From: Myxococcota bacterium
GTDB taxonomy: Bacteria; Myxococcota_A; UBA796; SXON01
DNA: 64,000 nucleotides
Direction of reading: 5' to 3'
Assembly: GCA_040386535.1 (NCBI GenBank)
Contig: JAZKFH010000055.1
Span: 64,001 to 128,000, forward strand
The notes beneath the pieces were generated by a model. The model made no database searches and was not told the origin of the DNA. It was given only the letters and a program-made list of their open reading frames with translations. A program made the translations under genes and the position numbers. Below are positions 58,170 through 64,000 of the stretch, one piece after another. Every line of letters starts with the position of its first letter. The stretch's first letter is position 1.

Positions 58170-59567
58170 GTGCGCCCTGTCGATCCGCGTCTTCCCGCGC
58201 CCCCCGAGGCGTGGTCCCCCGCTCAACGTGTCGTGCGCGCCGTCGCCGCGCCGGTCGAGCGCTTCCTCGCCGTCGAGGCCTCGAGCGGGATCCTGCTCCT
58301 GGTCGCCGCCGTCTTCGCCCTGTTGTGGGCCAACTCCCCGTGGCGCGACGCGTACGAGGCGATCTGGACCGCGCCGCTCGGCGTGAGCCTCGGCAGCCTC
58401 TCGTTCGAGCGGGACCTGCGCTGGTGGGTGAACGACGGCCTGATGGCCATCTTCTTCTTCGTCGTCGGGCTGGAGATCCGCCGCGAGATCCACCACGGCG
58501 AGCTCTCGGAGCTCCGGCGCGCCGCCTTGCCGCTCGCCGCCGCGCTCGGCGGCATGTTGCTCCCCGCGCTGCTCTACACCAGCCTGAACGCGGGCCTGCC
58601 CTCCTCGGTGGGCTGGGGCGTCCCGATGGCGACCGACATCGCGTTCGCCGTGGGCGTGCTCGCGCTGCTCGGGGATCGGGTGGCGCCCTCGCTGCGCATC
58701 CTGTTGCTCTCCCTCGCCGTGATCGACGATCTCGGCGCCATCCTCGTCATCGCCTTCTTCTACTCCGACGGGATCTCGTTCCCCGCGCTCGCCCTCTCTG
58801 GCCTGGGGCTGCTCACCATCCCCGTGCTCCAGCGCTTCGGCGCGCGGTCCCCGCTGCTCTACCTGCCGGGCGCGCTGCTGGCGTGGGGCGGCGCGTACGC
58901 CTCCGGGGTCCACCCGACGATCGCGGGGGTGGCGATCGGGCTGCTCACGCCGGTGACGGCGTGGCTCGGCCCCACCCACTTCGTGGAGGCGGCCGAGCGG
59001 GCGGCCAGTGAGGTGCGCGCGGCGACCGAGCGGGGCGCGACCGACATCCAGGGCCACTTCGGCGCCCTCGCCGAGGCCGCGCGCGAGGCGGTCTCGCCCG
59101 TGGAGCGGATGCAGCACATGCTGCACGGCTGGGTCGCGTACCTCGTCATGCCGCTGTTCGCGTTCGCCAACGCGGGCGTCGCGCTGGGCGACGCCGATCT
59201 GTCCGGTGAGTGGCGCGTGTTCGCGGGCGTGTTCCTCGGGCTGCTCGTCGGCAAGCCCCTCGGCGTGCTCGCCCTCTCCCGGCTCGCCGCCGCGAGCGGG
59301 ATCGCCGCCGTCCCGAGCGGCATGCGCTGGGCCGAGGTGGCGGTCGTCGGGCTCGTGGCCGGCATCGGCTTCACCATGGCCCTGTTCATCGCGCAGCTCG
59401 CCTTTCCGCCGGGCCCCGCGCTGGAGACCGCCAAGCTCGGCATCCTCGCCGCGTCCCTCTGCGCCGGGGTGCTCGGGTACATCGCCGGCCGCCTGATCCT
59501 CCGGCGCCCGACTTCGCCCGGAGCGGCCCGCTCGGCGGCCGAGGCGGAGAGGGCCACGCATGCGTAG
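58170..59567 (+). CDS. nhaA: Na+/H+ antiporter NhaA
   Basis: WVNDGLMAIFFFVVGLEI, PMATDIAFA, AVIDDLGA, PLFAFANAGV, GKPLG, GIGFTMALFI; GTG start after GAGG, downstream of the RNA motif. Confidence 0.95.
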   Translation: MRPVDPRLPAPPEAWSPAQRVVRAVAAPVERFLAVEASSGILLLVAAVFALLWANSPWRDAYEAIWTAPLGVSLGSLSFERDLRWWVNDGLMAIFFFVVGLEIRREIHHGELSELRRAALPLAAALGGMLLPALLYTSLNAGLPSSVGWGVPMATDIAFAVGVLALLGDRVAPSLRILLLSLAVIDDLGAILVIAFFYSDGISFPALALSGLGLLTIPVLQRFGARSPLLYLPGALLAWGGAYASGVHPTIAGVAIGLLTPVTAWLGPTHFVEAAERAASEVRAATERGATDIQGHFGALAEAAREAVSPVERMQHMLHGWVAYLVMPLFAFANAGVALGDADLSGEWRVFAGVFLGLLVGKPLGVLALSRLAAASGIAAVPSGMRWAEVAVVGLVAGIGFTMALFIAQLAFPPGPALETAKLGILAASLCAGVLGYIAGRLILRRPTSPGAARSAAEAERATHA

Positions 59568-59576
59568 GGGGGCCTG

Positions 59577-60878
59577 ATGGGCGATCTCCCACGCCGTTGG
59601 CTGCCCCGGGCCGCCGCGACCGGGCGAGTGGTCGGGCAGCTGGCGCGGACCCTCGCGCGGCACGCGGTGTCGCCGGACGTCGCGAGCGAGCGCGCCCTCG
59701 GCGACGCGATCGTGGCGGACCTCGACCGCCTCAAGGGCCTCGCCATGAAGGTGGGCCAGATCCTTTCCTACATGGACGTGGGCCTGCCCGACGCGACCAC
59801 TGCCGCGCTGGCCCGGCTCCAGACCGGCGTGAAGGGGATGGACTTCGCCGAGGTCGAGGCCGTCGTGGCCGCGTCGCTCGGGGCCCCGGTGGACCACCTG
59901 TTCGAGGGCTTCGAGCGTGCCCCCGTCGCGGCGGCGTCCATCGGACAGGTGCACCGCGCGCGGCTCGGCGGCGTGCCCGTCGCGGTCAAGGTGCGCTATC
60001 CGCACGTCCGCGACACCCTCGCCGGTGACCTCGCCCAGGTCCGCCCCCTCGCGGCGCTCGCATCTCTCACCACCGCCGTCGACGGTGCCGCGCTCGTCGA
60101 GGAGCTGCGCGAGCGCCTGCTCGAGGAGTGCGACTACCGCACCGAACAGCGCGCCCAGGAGGCCGCGGCCCGCGCGCTCGCCGGGGACACCGCGCTCCGG
60201 GTCCCGCCGACCTTCCCCGACCGCTGCGGCGACGCCGTGCTCACCACCGCCTGGATGCCCGGCGCGCCCTTCGCCGGCTTGTTGGCAGGCCCGCCCGAGG
60301 CGCGCAATCGGGCCGCCGCGACGCTGGCACGTTTTCCGTGGACCACGTTGTTCGGGCACGGATTCCTGCACGCCGACCCGCACCCGGGCAACTTCCTGTT
60401 CCCCGGGGGAGGGGAGGTGACGGTCCTCGACTGGGGCAGCGTGCGCCACTTCGCTCCCGACGAGGTCGAGCCCTTCCGTGCCCTGATCGTCTCGGTGCTG
60501 GACGGGAACCGTGCCCGTTTTCGCGAGGCGGTCGTGGCCTGCGGCCTCGCGCCCCGGCCCGACAGGTTCGACTTCGACGCGGGCTGGGAGATGTTCTCCT
60601 GGCTCTACGCGCCGTACGGGGGAACTAGCTTCCGCTTCGACCGCGCGTGGTGGGTCGCGGGCCGCCGCTGGACCGGGCCGGGCAACCCGAACCAGCGCCA
60701 CCAGGGTTTGCCCCCCGCGTGGATCTGGCTCCTGCGGGTGCAGTGGGGGCTGGGCGCCGTGCTGGTGCGGCTGGAGGCGGAGGGGGACTTCGCGACGGCG
60801 CTGCGGGAGGCGGTGGAGGGGCGGGCGCCTAGCCCAACACCCAACCAACCCCCGCCGCCACGACACACGCGAGCCTGA
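59577..60878 (+). CDS. ABC1/AarF/UbiB-family atypical kinase
   Basis: MKVGQ, AAASIGQVH, VAVKV, EECDY, HADPHPGN, LDWG. Confidence 0.9.
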   Translation: MGDLPRRWLPRAAATGRVVGQLARTLARHAVSPDVASERALGDAIVADLDRLKGLAMKVGQILSYMDVGLPDATTAALARLQTGVKGMDFAEVEAVVAASLGAPVDHLFEGFERAPVAAASIGQVHRARLGGVPVAVKVRYPHVRDTLAGDLAQVRPLAALASLTTAVDGAALVEELRERLLEECDYRTEQRAQEAAARALAGDTALRVPPTFPDRCGDAVLTTAWMPGAPFAGLLAGPPEARNRAAATLARFPWTTLFGHGFLHADPHPGNFLFPGGGEVTVLDWGSVRHFAPDEVEPFRALIVSVLDGNRARFREAVVACGLAPRPDRFDFDAGWEMFSWLYAPYGGTSFRFDRAWWVAGRRWTGPGNPNQRHQGLPPAWIWLLRVQWGLGAVLVRLEAEGDFATALREAVEGRAPSPTPNQPPPPRHTRA

Positions 60879-61956
60879 GCACCTCGATTCGCCAGGCCGC
60901 GGGCCGGCGATCCGCCAGGGTTCCCAGGCTCGCCAGCGAGAAGAAGACCAGCGCGCCGAAGACCGCCTTCCATCCGAGCGGGAGCTGCTTGCCGAGGAAC
61001 AGGAACGCCGACGCGGCCGCGACCGTGATGCCGAATTGGATCAGCACGTAGGCCGTCGTCTTCGGGCCCATGCTCACCGCGTACCGTTCGGCCTTCGCTT
61101 GGTGATACAGCGCCTGCAGATCCGCACGCCGGTTCGGGTCGGCGGCCCATTCGGGCGGCGCGATCCAGGCGTAAAGGCGATCCTGCCGGCGCGGGGCGCT
61201 CGCAGACGTGCGCGCGAGGTGCACCCATGGCTCCACCATGGCCCACGCGGGGTTCCAGCTCCGGAGCGGCTTGAGCACCCCGTACTCCGGCGCCTCGGCC
61301 TCCGGGGCGAAGGTGCCGAACAGGCGGTCCCACACGATGAACGTGCCGGCGTAGTTCTTGTCGACGTACACCGGGTTGATCGCGTGGTGCACGCGGTGGT
61401 GGGAGGGGGTGTTCATCACCCATTCGACCGGCCGCGGCAGCTTCCCGATCACTCGCGTGTGGATCCAGAATTGGTAGATGACCATCAGCGACTTCATCGG
61501 CACGAACACGGCCAGCGGCACGCCCAGGACCGCCAAGGGCAGGTAGAAGGGGACGGCCGAGAGGCCGGCGACCCAATTCTGGCGCAGCGCGGTCGTGAGG
61601 TTGAATTCGTCGCTCTGGTGGTGCACCACGTGCCCGGCCCAGAGCACGCCGACGCGATGCGTGGACCGGTGCCACCAATAGAAGAGGAAGTCGGCCCCGA
61701 CGAACGCCGCCACCCACACCCAGGCGCGGGACGGATCGAGACGGGCGACCGCGAACGTGTCGTGCACCCAGGCGTAGAGCGTGAAGGTCACGAACGCGGC
61801 GATCAGGGCCGTGCCCACCTGGTCGAGTACGCCCGAGGCGAGGCTCGCGACGGAGTCCGAGAGCCGGTGCAGCCGCCGGCCGCCGCGGTGGGCGTACACC
61901 ATCTCGGCCCCGACGAGCAGGAAGAACAGGGGGATGGCAGGAATGATGAGGTTCAT
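60829..61956 (-). CDS. Fatty-acid hydroxylase/sterol desaturase family, alkylglycerol-monooxygenase-like
   Basis: YWWHRSTH, WAGHVVHHQSDEFNLTTALRQ, QFWIHT, PSHHRVHH, NYAGTFIVWDRLFGTF. Confidence 0.88.
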   Translation of the reverse strand: MNLIIPAIPLFFLLVGAEMVYAHRGGRRLHRLSDSVASLASGVLDQVGTALIAAFVTFTLYAWVHDTFAVARLDPSRAWVWVAAFVGADFLFYWWHRSTHRVGVLWAGHVVHHQSDEFNLTTALRQNWVAGLSAVPFYLPLAVLGVPLAVFVPMKSLMVIYQFWIHTRVIGKLPRPVEWVMNTPSHHRVHHAINPVYVDKNYAGTFIVWDRLFGTFAPEAEAPEYGVLKPLRSWNPAWAMVEPWVHLARTSASAPRRQDRLYAWIAPPEWAADPNRRADLQALYHQAKAERYAVSMGPKTTAYVLIQFGITVAAASAFLFLGKQLPLGWKAVFGALVFFSLASLGTLADRRPAAWRIEVLRLACVVAAGVGWVLG

Positions 61957-61974
61957 CTCAGCGCTCCGTCGGTG

Positions 61975-63327
61975 TCAGGCCGCGCCCATCGGCGTGGGCT
62001 CCGGCCGCGCCCACAGCGGGCCCTGGATGCGGATGACCATGCGCGGCACGATGGGCAGCGGCGCGGCGGGCAACCGGACGCGCGTGCGTTGGACGATGCG
62101 GGTGAGGAGCAGCATGGTCTGAGTCATCGCGAGGTGCCGGCCGATACACGTGCGCGGGCCGCCGCCGAACGGCCACCACGCGAACGGGTGCAGGGCCGCG
62201 CGCCGCTGCGAGGCGAACCGCTCGGGGTCGAAGGTCTCGGGATCCCGCCAGAAGTCGGGGTGGCGGTGGGTGATCCACGCGCTGAAGATGAGCTGGGCGC
62301 CCGCCGGCACGACACAGCCCCGGATCTCCTCCTCCTTCAGCGCCCGCCGGTTCAGGCCCCAGGCCCCGGGGTACACCCGCAGCGTCTCCCGGATCACCAT
62401 GTCCGCGTAGGAGAGCGCCGCCAGATCCGTGGTCTCGGGCGCGCGCCCGCCGAGGACCGTGGCGATCTCGCTCCGCAGGCGCTCCTCCACCGCCGGGTGG
62501 CTCGCCAGCACGTGGAGGGCGCACACCAGGGTGTTGGCGGTGTTCTCGCTGGCGGCCACCAGCATCGTGAGGATGTGGTCCTGGACCTGCTGCCCGGTGA
62601 TGGCCAGCTCCGCGTCGGCCTCGGTGTGGGACAGGAGCCGCTGCAGGAAGCTCTCTCCCTGGCGCTCGCGGGCCTGGGCGATCATCCGCTCCGCCAACCC
62701 GCCGAGCCAGGCCATCTCCCGCTTGAGCGCGAGGTGCTTGGGCGTGGGCACGGAATGGGGCACCAGCAACCCGGCGAAGACCTTCTCGGCGACGATGTCC
62801 TGGGCCAACAGCAGGGACGTGCGGGTGCGCGCCAGCTCCGCCCCCTCCAGCGTGTAGCCGAACAGCACCTCGCACGTGATCCGCAGCGTGAGCTCCTGGA
62901 TCTCCTGCAAGAGCTCGATCGGCTGCCCGGTCCGCGCGCGGAGCTCCCACCGATCCAGCATGCGGTCGGCCGCGGCCACCATGACCTCGTCCATCCGTCC
63001 CAACGCGACCTGGGCCAGAGCGGGCCGGACCACCTTGCGTTGGTGCTGCCACATCTCCCCGTCCGTGGTGACCAGCCCATCTCCCAGGATCGGCTTGATC
63101 GGCACGGTCTGGTGCGAGTCGCCGCGGAGGAAGCTCAGGGGGCGATCCTGGAGGATCGTCTGGATGTCGTCCGGGTGGGAGAAGAACCAGGCCTCACGAT
63201 GCAGGAACTTGAAGTGGATCGTGTCGCCGTGTTCGCGCGACAGATCCACGAGCAGCTTGATCGTGTTCTTCTCGCGGAGGGGGCCGGAGATCCGCAGGCC
63301 GGAGACCACGGGCGGGGTGCGGTGCAT
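61975..63327 (-). CDS. Cytochrome P450
   Basis: ETLR (ExxR), FDPERF, FGGGPRTCIG heme motif; start placed at MHRTPP. Confidence 0.93.
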   Translation of the reverse strand: MHRTPPVVSGLRISGPLREKNTIKLLVDLSREHGDTIHFKFLHREAWFFSHPDDIQTILQDRPLSFLRGDSHQTVPIKPILGDGLVTTDGEMWQHQRKVVRPALAQVALGRMDEVMVAAADRMLDRWELRARTGQPIELLQEIQELTLRITCEVLFGYTLEGAELARTRTSLLLAQDIVAEKVFAGLLVPHSVPTPKHLALKREMAWLGGLAERMIAQARERQGESFLQRLLSHTEADAELAITGQQVQDHILTMLVAASENTANTLVCALHVLASHPAVEERLRSEIATVLGGRAPETTDLAALSYADMVIRETLRVYPGAWGLNRRALKEEEIRGCVVPAGAQLIFSAWITHRHPDFWRDPETFDPERFASQRRAALHPFAWWPFGGGPRTCIGRHLAMTQTMLLLTRIVQRTRVRLPAAPLPIVPRMVIRIQGPLWARPEPTPMGAA

Positions 63328-63375
63328 GGGTGCGTCCGTTGCGAAGGGCGCGCGGAAGGTAGCATACTCCCCGCC

Positions 63376-64000
63376 ATGCCCATGGCCCCCGTCCCCTCGC
63401 TCGGCTCCTTTCCGTTCGGCCGCCCGGTGATCCCCGTCCTCCAGGCCGACCGTGCTCCCAAACGTGTCTTCGTGCTCGGCGTCTACGCGAGCGCGGTGCA
63501 CGCCCAATGGAGGGGCCCCGACGAGCGCGTTCGCGTGCGTGCGCTGGCCGTCGCGAGCGAGCCGTCGATCTTCTGGCGCGGGGAGGACGTGGCGCGGATC
63601 GTCGCGGAGATCGAGGTCCCGGCGCGGTTCGGCCGCTTGGAGCCCGCGGCGCCCCAGTTCAACGGCCCCTCGGGCGTGGCCCTGGACGACTGTTTTCTCG
63701 AGCCGCTCGGGCTGGCGCGCGCCGACGCTTGGCTCTGCGATCTGGTGCCCTACAGCTGTGTCAACCCCGCGCAGGGCGCCGCGCTCGCGCGAGAATACCT
63801 GCCGCTGGTCGCCGACGGCCTCCCGGCCCCCACCGTCGGGCCGGTGCCTTCCGTGCTCGCGACCGCGGAGCGCCGCGCCGAGATCCTCACGGAGATCGAG
63901 GCCTCCGGCGCCGACGTGGTGGTGCTCCTCGGCGACCAGCCGCTGCGTTGGTTCCTGCGCGAGCTCGACGGGGAGCGGCGGGCGCGCCTCGCCGCGTTCG
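63376..64000 (+). CDS. Uracil-DNA-glycosylase-like family protein (partial, runs off the window)
   Basis: Manual translation: FPFGRPV...VFVLGVYASAVHAQW...ALAVASEP..FWRG...NGPSG.ALD..FL.PLG...AWLCDLVP...VVVLLGD; no stop before the window end. Confidence 0.6.
   Translation, partial: MPMAPVPSLGSFPFGRPVIPVLQADRAPKRVFVLGVYASAVHAQWRGPDERVRVRALAVASEPSIFWRGEDVARIVAEIEVPARFGRLEPAAPQFNGPSGVALDDCFLEPLGLARADAWLCDLVPYSCVNPAQGAALAREYLPLVADGLPAPTVGPVPSVLATAERRAEILTEIEASGADVVVLLGDQPLRWFLRELDGERRARLAAF

Overview
Very GC-rich bacterial DNA. Gene content (many Hanks-type Ser/Thr kinases, an AgmX/PglI-type C-terminal domain, a DCDD-repeat/FG-GAP lipoprotein, a myxobacterial-type ferritin-like lipoprotein) suggests a Myxococcota-like organism (inference). 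Positions 1-10281 look like the distal end of an element integrated into tRNA-Thr(CGT). Only the displaced 3' half of that tRNA is present, with its terminator and nearby arm-like repeats. The cargo is four tandem paralogous membrane Ser/Thr kinases with different C-termini, transcribed divergently from an McrBC-like GTPase/nuclease pair. The rest of the window holds an ArsR/SmtB-controlled heavy-metal cluster (arsR, P1B-ATPase, a His/Cys-rich Pro-tailed small ORF, czcCBA-like genes, PAS histidine kinase) and a patch of lower-GC orphan genes separated by palindromic MITE-like DNA with an ERIC-type core. It also holds a second, sigma54-driven heavy-metal RND operon, a PL7 lyase, an amidohydrolase, PfkB, a PIN-type toxin-antitoxin pair, an MBOAT/SGNH pair, a DEAD-box helicase and a CotH kinase. 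Near the right end are nhaA preceded by an nhaA-I (Li+-I) riboswitch-like motif, an ABC1 kinase, an AGMO-like hydroxylase, a P450 with an atypical I-helix and a partial UDG-like gene. All calls come from motif recognition by eye; no searches were run.
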